A stretch of DNA of 64,000 nucleotides from Balanoglossus misakiensis. Taxonomy: Eukaryota; Animalia; Hemichordata. The notes below the pieces were generated by a model that had not been told where the DNA came from, made no database searches, and worked only from the letters and a program-made list of their open reading frames with translations. The stretch spans positions 11,613,498 to 11,677,497 of the forward strand of contig CM082587.2 in assembly GCA_040954595.2 (NCBI GenBank), written 5' to 3'. This document shows positions 35,501 to 51,100 of this stretch, one piece after another (within the stretch, counting starts at the first letter, position 1; every line of letters starts with the position of its first letter). The translations under genes and the position numbers were made by a program.

Positions 35501-38500
35501 CGGGTCAACACTCGACATTTGTTCGGGTAGGACTGCATTATTGCCTGTCAATTTATAGAGAAAGCCCGAATTTAACCAGGGCGTTTCAAACACCGACGTT
35601 ATTTGGGGGCACGGCCTGCAGTACTGCCGGGTAAGCTGACATCGGCGTACCGCATATAATGTAGGGGGGGGGGGGACAGAACGGTTCAATACTACATTTA
35701 TTAGATATCAGCTAATTTTGGACAATCATCTAAAATCTAAATCATTTTTTCATATTTGGATATCTGATGATGTATGAAATTTCCATTATATGTAAAAATG
35801 GTGCTTATTATAAAACATGCACTCTGAATGAACTGATTTAATACAAGATTGCGTTTTATTCGTTTTTGCACCAAAAAGGTCATTTTTAGGCAAAACATTC
35901 TTTATATTTTTAATTCGGTGACCTGATCATATATAAACAATTGCTTGTATGTTAAAAGTTTTTATGACTTTTAAAAGCAGTGACACTGGCGGCATTCAAC
36001 ACGAAAATAACAATTTTAGCCACAATTTGGTCAAAATGGTAAATTTTTGAAAATTACAAAAAATACCTGTTTTCTACATTTTCGGAAATCTGATGGAGTA
36101 TAGAATGATCTTCGTATGTATATATCGATACAAATTCCACAAAAGACCGTCTAATTTGACTCACTGCAGACAAAATTGCGTTTTACCAAATTTTCCTTGA
36201 AAATGTCATTTTTAGAAAAAAAAATAAAAAAACCTTTGTACTTCGAATTTGGTGCCCTGATCATATATGACATGTTGATTGTATGTTAAAACTCTCGACC
36301 ACTCCAAAAATGCAGAGATATTGACGGAATTCAAGAAAAATAGCCATTTTGGCCATATTTTGACAAAAATGGTAAATTTTTGAAAAATCATAAAAAATTA
36401 ACTCTTTTCTTCATTTTCGGAAATATTATGGAGCATGAAGTGTCGTTCTCTTGCAAAAAGTGCTGCAAATTCCAGAAAAGGCGGTATAATTTGAATCACC
36501 CAAGACAAAATTACCATTTTCAACTTTTTTTCGAAAAATTGTCTTTTTTTACAAAATAAATAAGAATAAATTCTTTTCTTAGTTTCAAACGGGTAGAGAT
36601 ACTTTCCACACGGGTTTTCTAACATTGAATTCCCGTTCATCAACTCAGATTTCCTACAGCATAAGTCGGCTAAAACCCTGACACTCTAGAGCAGAAACAG
36701 TTGCACACTGGTAACGTTGAACAAGTCGATTTTTCTACGACCTGGCTCGGCTAAATCTCCGTCACAATATGACAGACACTAGCGTACGTTAGCAACGGTG
36801 ATCAAGTCAGATTTTCTACGGCATGGCTTGGATAAAGCCCCGGCACTCTAGAGCAGAAACACGCGTACAGAGACCACGTTGATCAAGTCTGATCTCCTAC
36901 GGCTTGGCTCGACTAAAACCCCGGCACACTATGACAGACACTAGCGTTCGTTAGCAACGGTGATCAAGTCAGATTTTCTACGGCATGGCTTGGATAAAGC
37001 CCCGGCACTCTAGAGCAGAAACACGCGTACAGAGACCACGTTGATCTACTCACATTTCCTTCGGCCTGGCACGGCTGATGCCCCGGCACTATATATAGGA
37101 CACAGACTGGCGTAAGTTAACAACGGTAATCACGTCGGGTTTTCTTACGGCCTGGCTCAGCTGAAGCCCCGGCACTCTAGAGCAGAAACAGGCGTACATT
37201 GACCACGTTGATCAAGTCAGATTTCCTACGGCGTGACTCGGCTGGTGCACCGGCTCTATATGACACAGACTGGCGTAAGTTATCAACGGTGATTACGTCG
37301 GATTTCCTACGGCCTGGTTTAGCTGAAGCCCCGGCACTTTAGAGCGGAAACACGCGTACATTGACCACGATGATCAAGTCAGATCTCCTACGGCCTGGCT
37401 CGACTAAAACCCCGGCACACCATGACAGACACTAGCGTTCGTTAGCAACGGTGATCAAGTCGGATTTCCTTCGGCCTGGCTCTGCAAAAGACCCGACACT
37501 CTAGTACAAAGACGTTGGCTAAGTCGGGCAAACCGAACAGGGAAAGTCACAGCGGTTCAACACTTGACATTTGTTCCGGTAGGACTGCATTATTGCCTGT
37601 CGATTTATAGAGAGAGCCCGAATTTAACCAGGGCGTTTCAAACACCGACGTTTGTTGGGGGCACGGCCTACAGTACTGCCGGGTAAGCTGACATCGGCGT
37701 ACCGCATATAATGTAAGGGGGGGGGGGGGGCAGAACGGTTCAATACTACATTTATTAGATATCAGCTAATTTTGGACAATCATCTAAAATCTAAATCATT
37801 TTTTCATATTTGGATATCTGATGATGTATGAAATTTCCATTATATGTAAAATTGGTGCTTATTATAAAACATGCACTCTGAATGAACTGATTTAATACAA
37901 GATTGCGTTTTATTCGTTTTTGCACCAAAAAGGTCATTTTTAGGCAAAACATTCTTTATTTTTTTAATTCGGTGACCTGATCATATATAAACAATTGCTT
38001 GTATGTTAAAAGTTTTTATGACTTTTAAAAGCAGTGACACTGGCGGCATTCAACACGAAAATAACAATTTTAGCCACAATTTGGTCAAAATGGTAAATTT
38101 TTGAAAATTACAAAAAATACCTGTTTTCTACATTTTTGGAAATCTGATGGAGTATAGAATGCTCTTCGTATGTATATATCGATACAAATTCCACAAAAGA
38201 CCGTCTAATTTGGCTCACTGCAGACAAAATTGCGTTTTACCAAATTTTCCTTTAAAATGTCATTTTTAGAAAAAAAAATAAAAAAACCTTTGTTCTTCAA
38301 ATGTGGTGCCCTGATCATATATGACATGTTGATTGTATGTTAAAACTTTCGACCACTCCAAAAATGCAGAGATATTGACGGAATTCAAGAAAAAATAGCC
38401 ATTTTGGCCATATTTTGACAAAAATGGTAAATTTTTAAAAAATCATAAAACATTAACTATTTTCTTCATTTTCGGAAATATTATGGAGCATGAAGTGTCG

Positions 38501-39002
38501 TTCTCTTGTAAAAAGTGCTGCTAATTCCAGAAAAGGTGGTATAATTTGAATCACCCAAGACAAAATTACCATTTTCGACTTTTTTTCGAAAAATTGTCTT
38601 TTTAACAAAATAAATAAGAATAAATTCTTTTCTTAGTTTCAAACGGGAAGAGATACTTTCCACACGGGTTTTCTAACATTGAATTCCCGTTCATCAACTC
38701 AGATTTCCTACAGCATAAGTCAGCTAAAACCCTGACACTCTAGAGCAGAAACAGTTGCACACTGGTAACGTTGAACAAGTCGATTTTTCTACGGCCTGGC
38801 TCGGCTAAATCTCCGTCACAATATGACAGACACTAGCGTAGGTTAGCAACGGTGATCAAGTCAGATTTTCTACGGCATGGCTTGGATAAAGCCCCGGCAC
38901 TCTAGAGCAGAAACACGCGTACAGAGACCACGTTGATGAAGTCTGATCTCCTACGGCTTGGCTCGACTAAAACCCCGGCACACTATGACAGACACTAGCG
39001 TT

Positions 39003-39189
39003 ATTATTATTATTATTATTAAGAATTGTTTAAAATGCGCTACACATACGTCTCAGCGCATTGTGCACAGCTAAAACAGTAGATTAAAAAATACAAGGCT
39101 GGTAAAAATAGTTAAAAGGACACAATCGAACACGTTACACATAAAACCGAGTAAAAAGGTATGTTTTCAAATTACGCTTAAAAATATTG
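39003..39189 (-). mobile_element. 5'-truncated L2/CR1-group LINE fragment with a (TAA)n tail
   Basis: The minus strand encodes NIFKRNLKTYLFTRFYV* (the FKxxLKTxLF ORF2 C-terminal motif; stop at 39135-39137). A 3'UTR with a GCGCT...AGCGC stem-loop and a (TAA)6 tail follows. A 6-bp TSD AGCGTT lies at 38997-39002 and 39190-39195. Confidence 0.85.
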
Positions 39190-42100
39190 AGCGTTCGTTA
39201 GCAACGTTGATCAAGTCAGATTTTCTACGGCCTGGCTCGGCTAAATCTCGTCACAATATGACAGACACTAGCGTACGTTAGCAACGGTGATCAAGTCAGA
39301 TTTTCAACGGCATGGGTTGGATAAAGCCCCGGCACTCTAGAGCAGAAACACGCGTACAGAGACCACGTTGATCAAGTCTGATCTCCTACGGCTTGGCTCG
39401 ACTAAAACCCCGGCACACTATGACAGACACTAGCGTTCGCTAGCAACGTTGATCAAGTCAGATTTCCTACGGCATGGCTTTGCTAAAGCCCTGACACTCT
39501 AGAGCAGAAACACGCGTACAGAGACCACGTTGATCTACTCACATTTCCTTCGGCCTGGCACGGCTGATGCCCGGGCACTATATATAGGACACAGACTGGC
39601 GTAAGTTAACAACTGTAATCACGTCGGGTTTCCTACGGCCTGGCTCAGCTGAAGCCCCGGCACTCTAGAGCAGAAACAGGCGTACATTGACCACGTTGAT
39701 CAAGTCAGATTTCCTACGGCGTGACTCGGCTGGTGCACCGGCTCTATATGACACAGACTGGCGTAAGTTATCAACGGTGATTACGTCGGATTTCCTACGG
39801 CCTGGTTTAGCTGAAGCCCCGGCACTTTAGAGCGGAAACACGCGTACATTGACCACGATGATCAAGTCAGATCTCCTACGGCCTGGCTCGACTAAAACAC
39901 CGGCACACCATGACAGACACTAGCGTTCGTTAGCAACGGTGATCAAGTCGGATTTCCTTCGGCCTGGCTCTGCAAAAGACCCGACACTCTAGTACAAAGA
40001 CGTCGGCTAAGTCGGGCAAACCGAAGAGGGAAAGTCACAGCGTGTCAACACTCGACATTTGTTCGGGTAGGACTGCATTATTGCCTGTCAATTTATAGAG
40101 AAAGCCCGAATTTAACCAGGGCGTTTCAAACACCGACGTTAGGTGGGGGCACGGCCTGCAGTACTGCCGGGTAAGCTGACATCGGCGTACCGCATATAAT
40201 GTAGGGGAGGGGGGGGGGAACAGAACGGTTCAATACTACATTTATTAGATATCAGCTAATTTTGGACAATCATCTAAAATCTAAATCATTTTTTCATATT
40301 TGGATATCTGGTGATGTATGAAATTTCCATTATATGTAAAAATGGTGCTGATTATAAAAAAAATGCACTCTGAATGAGGTTATTTAATACAAAATTGCGT
40401 TTTATTCGTTTTTGCGCCAAAAAGGTCATTTTTAGGCCAAACATTCTTCATTTTTTTTAATTCGGTGACCTGATCATATATAAACAATTGCTTGTATGTT
40501 AAAAGTTTTTATGACTTTTAAAAGCAGTGACACTGGCGGCATTCAACACGAAAATAACAATTTTAGCCATAATTTGGTCAAAATGGTAAATTTTTGAAAA
40601 TTACAAAAAATACCTGTTTTCTACATTTTCGGAAATCTGATGGAGTATAGAATGCTCTTCGTATGTATATATCGATACAAATTCCACAAAAGACAATCTA
40701 ATTTGGCTCACTGCAGACAAAATTGCGTTTTACCAAATTTTCCTTGAAAATGTCATTTTTAGAAAAAAAATAAGAATAAATTCTTTTCTTAGTTTCAAAC
40801 GGGTAGAGATACTTTCTACACGGGTTTTCTAACATTGAATTCCCGTTCATCAACTCAGATTTCCTACAGCATAAGTCGGCTAAAACCCTGAGACTTTAGA
40901 GCAGAAACAGTTGCACACTGGTAACGTTGAACAAGTCGATTTTTCTACGGCCTGGCTCGGCTAAATCTCCGTCACAATATGACAGACACTATCGTACGTT
41001 AGCAACGGTGATCAAGTCAGATTTTCTACGGCATGGCTTGGATAAAGCCCCGGCACTCTAGAGCAGAAACACGCGTACAGAGACCACGTTGATCTACTCA
41101 CATTTCCTTCGGCCTGGCACGGCTGATGCCCCGGCACTATATATAGGACACAGACTGGCGTAAGTTAACAACGGTAATCACGTCGGGTTTCCTACGGCCT
41201 GGCTCAGATGAAGCCCCGGCACTCTAGAGCAGAAACAGGCGTACAGTGACCACGTTGATCAAGTCAGATTTCCTACGGCGTGACTCGGCTGGTGCACCGG
41301 CTCTATATGACACAGACTGGCGTAAGTTATCAACGGTGATTACGTCGGATTTCCTACGGCATGGTTTAGCTGAAGCCCCGGCACTTCAGAGCGGAAACAC
41401 GCGTACATTGACCACGATGATCAAGTCAGATCTCCTACGGCCTGGCTCGACTAAAACCCCGGCACACCATGACAGACACTAGCGTTCGTTAGCAACGGTG
41501 ATCAAGTCGGATTTCCTTCGGCCTGGCTCTGCAAAAGACCCGACACATTAGTACAGAGACGTTGGCTAAGTCGGGCAAACCGAAGAGGGAAAGTCACAGC
41601 GGGTCAACACTCGACATTTGTTCGGGTAGGACTGCATTATTGCCTGTCAATTTATAGAGAAAGCCCGAATTTAACCAGGGCGTTTCAAACACCGACGTTA
41701 TTTGGGGGCACGGCCTGCAGTACTGCCGGGTAAGCTGACATCGGCGTACCGCATATAATGTAGGGGGGGGGGGGGGACAGAACGGTTCAATACTACATTT
41801 ATTAGATATCAGCTAATTTTAGACAATCATCTAAAATCTAAATCATTTTTTCATATTTGGATATCTGATGATGTATGAAATTTCCAATATATGTAAAAAT
41901 GGTGCTGATTATAAAAAATGCACTCTGAATGAGCTGATTTAATACAAAAATTGCGTTTTATTCGTTTTTGCACCAAAAAGGTCATTTTTAGGCAAAACAT
42001 TCTTTATTTTTTTAATTCGGTGGCCTGATCATATATAAGCAATTGCTTGCATGTTAAAAGTTTTTATGACTTTTAAAAGCAGTGACACTGGCGGCATTCA

Positions 42101-45100
42101 ACACGAAAATAACAATTTAACCACAATTTGGTCAAAATGGTAAATTTTTGAAAATTACAAAAAATACCTGTTTTCTACATTTTCGGAAATCTGATGGAGT
42201 ATAGAATGCTCTTCGTATATATATATCGATACAAATTCCACAAAAGACCGTCTAATTTGGCTTACTGCATACAAAATTGCGTTTTACCAAATTTTCCTTG
42301 AAAATGTCATTTTTAGAAAAATAAAATAAAAAAACTTTCGTTCTTCGAATTTGGTGCCCTGATCATATATGACATGTTGATTGTATGTTAAAACTTTCCA
42401 CCACTCCAAAAATGCAGAGATATTGACGGAATTCAAGAAAAAATAGCCATTTTGGCCATATTTTGACAAAATGGTACATTTTTAAAAAATCATAAAAAAT
42501 AAACTCTTTTCTTCATTTTCGGAAATATTATGGAGCATGAAGTGTCGTTCTCTTGTAAAAAGTGCTGCAAATTCCAGAAAATGTGGTATAATTTGAATCA
42601 CCCAAGACAAAATTACCATTTTCGACTTGTTTTCGAAAAATTGTCTTTTTTAAAAAATAAATAAGAATAAATTCTTTTCTTAGTTTCAAACGGGTAGAGA
42701 TACTTTCCACACGGGTTTTCTAACATTGAATTCCCGTTCATCAACTCAGATTTCCTACAGCATAAGTCGGCTAAAACCCTGACACTCTAGAGCAGAAACA
42801 GTTGCACACTGATAACGCTGAACAAGTCGATTTTTCTACGGCCTGGCTCGGCTAAATCTCGTCACAATATGACAGACACTAGCGTACGTTAGCAACGGTG
42901 ATCAAGTCAGATTTTCAACGGCATGGGTTGGATAAAGCCCCGGCACTCTAGAGCAGAAACACGTGTACAGAGACCACGTTGATCAAGTCTGATCTCCTAC
43001 GGCTTGGCTCGACTAAAACCCCGGCACACTATGACAGACACTAGCGTTCGTTAGCAACGTTGATCAAGTCAGATTTCCTACGGCATGGCTTTGCTAAAGC
43101 CCTGACACTCTAGAGCAGAAACACGCGTACAGAGACCACGTTGATCTACTCACATTTCCTTCGGCCTGGCACGGCTGATGCCCCGGCACTATATATAGGA
43201 CACAGACTGGCGTAAGTTAACAACGGTAATCACGTCGGGTTTTCTTACGGCCTGGCTCAGCTGAAGCCCCGGCACTCTAGAGCAGAAACAGGCGTACATT
43301 GACCACGTTGATCAAGTCAGATTTCCTACGGCGTGACTCGGCTGGTGCACCGGCTCTATATGACACAGACTGGCGTAAGTTATCAACGGTGATTACGTCG
43401 GATTTCCTACGGCATGGTTTAGCTAAAGCCCCGGCACTTTTGAGCAGAAACAGGCGTACATTGACCACGTTGATCAAGTCAGATTTCCTACGGCGTGACT
43501 CGGCTGGTGCACCGGCTCTATATGACACACACTGGCGTGAGTTATCAACGGTGATTACGCCAGATTTCCTACGGCATGGTTTAGCTGAAGCCCCGGCACT
43601 GTGGAGCGGAAACACGCGTACATTGACCACGATGATCAAGTCAGATCTCCTACGGCCTGGCTCGACTAAAACCCCGGCACACCATGACAGACACTAGCGT
43701 TCGTTAGCAACGGTGATCAAGTCGGATTTCCTTCGGCCTGGCTCTGCAAAAGACCCGACACATTAGTACAAAGACGTTGGCTAAGTCGGGCAAACCGAAG
43801 AGGGAAAGTCGCAGCGGGTCAACACTCGACATTTGTTCGGGTAGGACTGCATTATTGCCTGTCAATTTATAGAGAAAGCCCGAATTTAACCAGGGCGTTT
43901 CAAACAAGGACGTTATTTGGGGGCACGGCCTGCAGTACTGCCGGGTAAGCTGACATCGGCGTACCGCATATAATGTAGGGGGGGGGGGGGGACAGAACGG
44001 TTCAATACTACATTTATTAGATATCAGCTAATTTTGGACAATCATCTAAAATCTAAATCATTTTTTCATATTTGGATATCTGATGATGTATGAAATTTCC
44101 ATTATATGTAAAAATGGTGCTGATTATAAAAAATGCACTCTGAATGAGCTGATTTAATACAAAATTGCGTTTTATTCGTTTTTGCACCAAAAAGGTCATT
44201 TTTAGGCAAAACATTCTTTATTTTTTTAATTCGGTGACCTGATCATATATAAGCAATTGCTTGCATGTTAAAAGTTTTTATGACTTTTAAAAGCAGTGAC
44301 ACTGGCGGCATTCAACACGAAAATAACAATTTTAACCACAATTTGGTCAAAATGGTAAATTTTTGAAAATTACAAAAAATACCTGTTTTCTACATTTTCG
44401 GAAATCTGATGGAGTATAGAATGCTCTTCGTATATATATATCGATACCAATTCCACAAAAGACCGTCTAATTTGGCTCACTGCAGACAAAATTGCGTTTT
44501 ACCAAATTTTCCTTGAAAATGTCATTTTTAGAAAAATAAAATAAAAAAACCTTCGTTCTTCGAACTTGGTGCCCTGATCATATATGACATGTTGATTGTA
44601 TGTTAAAACTTTCGACCACTCCAAAAATGCAGAGATATTGACGGAATTCAAGAAAAAATAGCCATTTTGGCCATATTTTGACAAAATTGTACATTTTTAA
44701 AAAATCATAAAAAATAAAACTCTTTTCTTCATTTTCGGAAATATTATGGAGCATGAAGTGTCGTTCTCTTGTAAAAAGTGCTGCAAATTCCAGAAAATGT
44801 GGTATAATTTGAATCACCCAAGACAAAATTACCATTTTCGACTTGTTTTCGAAAAATTGTCTTTTTTAAAAAATAAATAAGAATAAATTCTTTTCTTAGT
44901 TTCAAACGGGTAGAGATACTTTCCACACGGGTTTTCTAACATTGAATTCCCGTTCATCAACTCAGATTTCCTACAGCATAAGTCGGCTAAAACCCTGACA
45001 CTCTAGAGCAGAAACAGTTGCACACTGATAACGCTGAACAAGTCGATTTTTCTACGGCCTGGCTCGGCTAAATCTCGTCACAATATGACAGACACTAGCG

Positions 45101-48100
45101 TACGTTAGCAACGGTGATCAAGTCAGATTTTCAACGGCATGGGTTGGATAAAGCCCCGGCACTCTAGAGCAGAAACACGCGTACAGAGACCACGTTGATC
45201 AAGTCTGATCTCCTACGGCTTGGCTCGACTAAAACCCCGGCACACTATGACAGACACTAGCGTTCGTTAGCAACGTTGATCAAGTCAGATTTCCTACGGC
45301 ATGGCTTTGCTAAAGCCCTGACACTCTAGAGCAGAAACACGCGTACAGAGACCACGTTGATCTACTCACATTTCCTTTCGCCTGGCACGGCTGATGCCCC
45401 GGCACTATATATAGGACACAGACTGGCGTAAGTTAACAATGGTAATCACGTCGGGTTTCCTACGGCCTGGCTCAGCTGAAGCCCCGGCACTCTAGAGCAG
45501 AAACAGGCGTACATTGACCACGTTGATCAAGTCAGATTTCCTACGGCGTGACTCGGCTGGTGCACCGGCTCTATATGACACAGACTGGCGTAAGTTATCA
45601 ACGGTGATTACGTCGGATTTCCTACGGCATGGTTTAGCTAAAGCCCCGGCACTTTTGAGCAGAAACAGGCGTACATTGACCACGTTGATCAAGTCAGATC
45701 TCCTACGGCCTGGCTCGACTAAAACCCCGGCACACCATGACAGACACTAGCGTTCGTTAGCAACGGTGATCAAGTCGGATTTCCTTCGGCCTGGCTCTGC
45801 AAAAGACCCGACACATTAGTACAAAGACGTTGGCTAAGTCGGGCAAACCGAAGAGGGAAAGTCGCAGCGGGTCAACACTCGACATTTGTTCGGGTAGGAC
45901 TGCATTATTGCCTGTCAATTTATAGAGAAAGCCCGAATTTAACCAGGGCGTTTCAAACAAGGACGTTATTTGGGGGCACGGCCTTCAGTACTGCCGGGTA
46001 AGCTGACATCGGCGTACCGCATATAATGTAGGGGGGGGGGGACAGAACGGTTCAATACTACATTTATTAGATATCAGCTAATTTTGGACAATCATCTAAA
46101 ATCTAAATCATTTTTTCATATTTGGATATCTGATGATGTATGAAATTTCCATTATATGTAAAAATGGTGCTGATTATAAAAAATGCACTCTGAATGAGCT
46201 GATTTAATACAAAATTGCGTTTTATTCGTTTTTGCACCAAAAAGGTCATTTTTAGGCAAAACATTCTTTATTTTTTTAATTCGGTGACCTGATCATATAT
46301 AAGCAATTGCTTGCATGTTAAAAGTTTTTATGACTTTTAAAAGCAGTGACACTGGCGGCATTCAACACGAAAATAACAATTTTAACCACAATTTGGTCAA
46401 AATGGTAAATTTTTGAAAATTACAAAAAATACCTGTTTTCTACATTTTCGGAAATCTGATGGAGTATAGAATGCTCTTCGTATATATATATCGATACCAA
46501 TTCCACAAAAGACCGTCTAATTTGGCTCACTGCAGACAAAATTGCGTTTTACCAAATTTTCCTTGAAAATGTCATTTTTAGAAAAACAAAATAAAAAAAC
46601 CTTCGTTCTTCGAACTTGGTGCCCTGATCATATATGACATGTTGATTGTATGTTAAAACTTTCGACCACTCCAAAAATGCAGAGATATTGACGGAATTCA
46701 AGAAAAAATAGCCATTTTGGCCATATTTTGACAAAATGGTACATTTTTAAAAAATCATAAAAAATAAAACTCTTTTCTTCATTTTCGGAAATATTATGGA
46801 GCATGAAGTGTCGTTCTCTTGTAAAAAGTGCTGCAAATTCCAGAAAATGTGGTATAATTTGAATCACCCAAGACAAAATTACCATTTTCGACTTGTTTTC
46901 GAAAAATTGTCTTTTTTACAAAATAAATAAGAATAAATTCTTTTCTTAGTTTCAAACGGGTAGAGATACTTTCCACACGGGTTTTCTAACATTGAATTCC
47001 CGTTCATCAACTCAGATTTCCTACAGCATAAGTCGGCTAAAACCCTGACACTCTAGAGCAGAAACAGTTGCACACTGATAACGTTGAACAAGTCGATTTT
47101 TCTACGGCCTGGCTCGGCTAAATCTCGTCACAATATGACAGACACTAGCGTACGTTAGCAACGGTGATCAAGTCAGATTTTCAACGGCATGGGTTGGATA
47201 AAGCCCCGGCACTCTAGAGCAGAAACACGCGTACAGAGACCACGTTGATCAAGTCTGATCTCCTACGGCTTGGCTCGAATAAAACCCCGGCACACTATGA
47301 CAGACACTAGCGTTCGTTAGCAACGTTGATCAAGTCAGATTTCCTACGGCATGGCTTTGCTAAAGCCCTGACACTCTAGAGCAGAAACACGCGTACAGAG
47401 ACCACGTTGATCTACTCACATTTCCATCGGCCTGGCACGGCTGATGCCCCGGCACTATATATAGGACACAGACTGGCGTAAGTTAACAACGGTGATTACG
47501 TCGGATTTCCTACGGCCTGGTTTAGCTGAAGCCCCGGCACTTTAGAGCGGAAACACGCGTACATTGACCACGTTGATCAAGTCAGATTTCCTTCGGCGTG
47601 ACTCGGCTGGTGCACCGGCTCTATATGACACAGACTGGCGTAAGTTATCAACGGTGATTACGTCGGATTTCCTACGGCCTGGTTTAGCTGAAGCCCCGGC
47701 ACTTTAGAGCGGAAACACGCGTACATTGACCACGATGATCAAGTCAGATCTCCTACGGCCTGGCTCGACTAAAACCCCGGCACACCATGACAGACACTAG
47801 CGTTCGTTAGCAACGGTGATCAAGTCGGATTTCCTTCGGCCTGGCTCTGCAAAAGACCCGACACTCTAGTACAAAGACGTTGGCTAAGTCGGGCAAACCG
47901 AAGAGGGAAAGTCACAGCGGGTCAACACTCGACATTTGGTCGGGTAGGACTGCATTATTGCCTGTCAATTTATAGAGAAAGCCCGAATTTAACCAGGGCG
48001 TTCCAAACACCGACGTTAGTTGGGGGCACGGCCTGCAGTACTGCCGGGTAAGCTGACATCGGCGTACCGCATATAATGTAAGGGGGGGGGGACAGAACGG

Positions 48101-51100
48101 TTCAATACTACATTTATTAGATATCAGCTAATTTTGGACAATCATCTAAAATCTAAATCATTTTTTCATATTTGGATATCTGATGATGTATGAAATTTCC
48201 ATTATATGTAAAAATGGTGCTTATTATAAAACATGCACTCTGAATGAACTGATTTAATACAAGATTGCGTTTTATTCGTTTTTGCACCAAAAAGGTCATT
48301 TTTAGGCAAAACATTCTTTATATTTTTAATTCGGTGAACTGATCATATATAAACAATTGCTTGTATGTTAAAAGTTTTTATGACTTTTAAAAGCAGTGAC
48401 ACTGGCGGCATTCATCACGAAAATAACAATTTTAGCCACAATTTGGTCAAAATGGTAAATTTTTGAAAATTACAAAAAATACCTGTTTTCTACATTTTCG
48501 GAAATCTGATGGAGTATAGAATGCTCTTCGTATGTATATATCGATACAAATTCCACAAAAGACCGTCTAATTTGGCTCACTGCAGACAAAATTGCGTTTT
48601 ACCAAATTTTCCTTGAAAATGTCATTTTTAGAAAAAAAAAATAAAAAAACCTTTGTTCTTCGAATTTGGTGCCCTGATCATATATGACATGTTGATTGTG
48701 TGTTAAAACTCTCGACCACTCCAAAAATGCAGAGATATTGACGGAATTCAAGAAAAATAGCCATTTTGGCCATATTTTGACAAAAATGGTAAATTTTTGA
48801 AAAATCATAAAAAATTAACTCTTTTCTTCATTTTCGGAAATATTATGGAGCATGAAGTGTCGTTCTCTTGCAAAAAGTGCTGCAAATTCCAGAAAAGGCG
48901 GTATAATTTGAATCACCCAAGACAAAATTACCATTTTCAACTTTTTTTCGAAAAATTGTCTTTTTTTACAAAATAAATAAGAATAAATTCTTTTCTTAGT
49001 TTCAAACGGGTAGAGATACTTTCCACACGGGTTTTCTAACATTGAATTCCCGTTCATCAACTCAGATTTCCTACAGCATAAGTCGGCTAAAACCCTGACA
49101 CTCTAGAGCAGAAACAGTTGCACACTGGTAACGTTGAACAAGTCGATTTTTCTACGACCTGGCTCGGCTAAATCTCCGTCACAATATGACAGACACTAGC
49201 GTACGTTAGCAACGGTGATCAAGTCAGATTTTCTACGGCATGGCTTGGATAAAGCCCCGGCACTCTAGAGCAGAAACACGCGTACAGAGACCACGTTGAT
49301 CAAGTCTGATCTCCTACGGCTTGGCTCGACTAAAACCCCGGCACACTATGACAGACACTAGCGTTCGTTAGCAACTTTGATCAAGTCAGATTTCCTACGG
49401 CATGGCTTAACTAAAGCCCTGGCACTCTAGAGCAGAAACACGCGTACAGAGACCACGTTGATCTTCTCACATTTCCTTCGGCCTGGCACGGCTGATGCCC
49501 CGGCACTATATATAGGACACAGACTGGCGTAAGTTAACAACGGTAATCACGTCGGGTTTTCTTACGGCCTGGCTCAGCTGAAGCCCCGGCACTCTAGAGC
49601 AGAAACAGGCGTACATTGACCACGTTGATCAAGTCAGATTTCCTACGGCGTGACTCGGCTGGTGCACCGGCTCTATATGACACATACTGGCGTAAGTTAT
49701 CAACGGTGATTACGTCGGATTTCCTACGGCCTGGTTTAGCTGAAGCCCCGGCACTTTAGAGCGGAAACACGCGTACATTGACCACGATGATCAAGTCAGA
49801 TCTCCTACGGCCTGGCTCGACTAAAACCCCGGCACACCATGACAGACACTAGCGTTCGTTAGCAACGGTGATCAAGTCGGATTTCCTTCGGCCTGGCTCT
49901 GCAAAAGACCCGACACTCTAGTACAAAGACGTTGGCTAAGTCGGGCAAACCGAACAGGGAAAGTCACAGCGGTTCAACACTTGACATTTGTTCCGGTAGG
50001 ACTGCATTATTGCCTGTCGATTTATAGAGAGAGCCCGAATTTAACCAGGGCGTTTCAAACACCGACGTTTGTTGGGGGCACGGCCTACAGTACTGCCGGG
50101 TAAGCTGACATCGGCGTACCGCATATAATGTAAAGGGGGGGGGGGGGGCAGAACGGTTCAATACTACATTTATTACATATCAGCTAATTTTGGACAATCA
50201 TCTAAAATCTAAATCATTTTTTCATATTTGGATATCTGATGATGTATGAAATTTCCATTATATGTAAAATTGGTGCTTATTATAAAACACGCACTCTGAA
50301 TGAACTGATTTAATACAAGATTGCGTTTTATTCGTTTTTGCACCAAAAAGGTCATTTTTAGGCAAAACATTCTTTATATTTTTAATTCGGTGACCTGATC
50401 ATATATAAACAATTGCTTGTATGTTAAAAGTTTTTATGACTTTTAAAAGCAGTGACACTGGCGGCATTCATCACGAAAATAACAATTTTAGCCACAATTT
50501 GGTCAAAATGGTAAATTTTTGAAAATTACAAAAAATACCTGTTTTCTACATTTTCGGAAATCTGATGGAGTATAGAATGCTCTTCGTATGTATATATCGA
50601 TACAAATTCCACAAAAGACCGTCTAATTTGGCTCACTGCAGACAAAATTGCGTTTTACCAAATTTTCCTTGAAAATGTCATTTTTAGAAAAAAAAATAAA
50701 AAAACCTTTGTTCTTCGAATTTGGTGCCCTGATCATATATGACATGTTGATTGTATGTTAAAACTCTCGACCACTCCAAAAATGCAGAGATATTGACGGA
50801 ATTCAAGAAAAATAGCCATTTTGGCCATATTTTGACAAAAATGGTAAATTTTTGAAAAATCATAAAAAATTAACTCTTTTCTTCATTTTCGGAAATATTA
50901 TGGAGCATGAAGTGTCGTTCTCTTGTAAAAAGTGCTGCAAATTCCAGAAAAGGCGGTATAATTTGAATCACCCAAGACAAAATTGCAATTTTTCGACTTT
51001 TTTTCGAAAAATTGTCTTTTTTACAAAATAAATAAGAATAAATTCTTTTCTTAGTTTCAAACGGGTAGAGATACTTTCCACACGGGTTTTCTAACATTGA

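Noticed and set aside
43277-43697. 27-aa periodic ORFs in the 81-bp array (possible repeat protein)
   Set aside because: 81 is divisible by 3, so periodic peptides are expected. Most monomers carry stops (TCTAGA, TGA), and these ORFs open only where single variants remove TAG.
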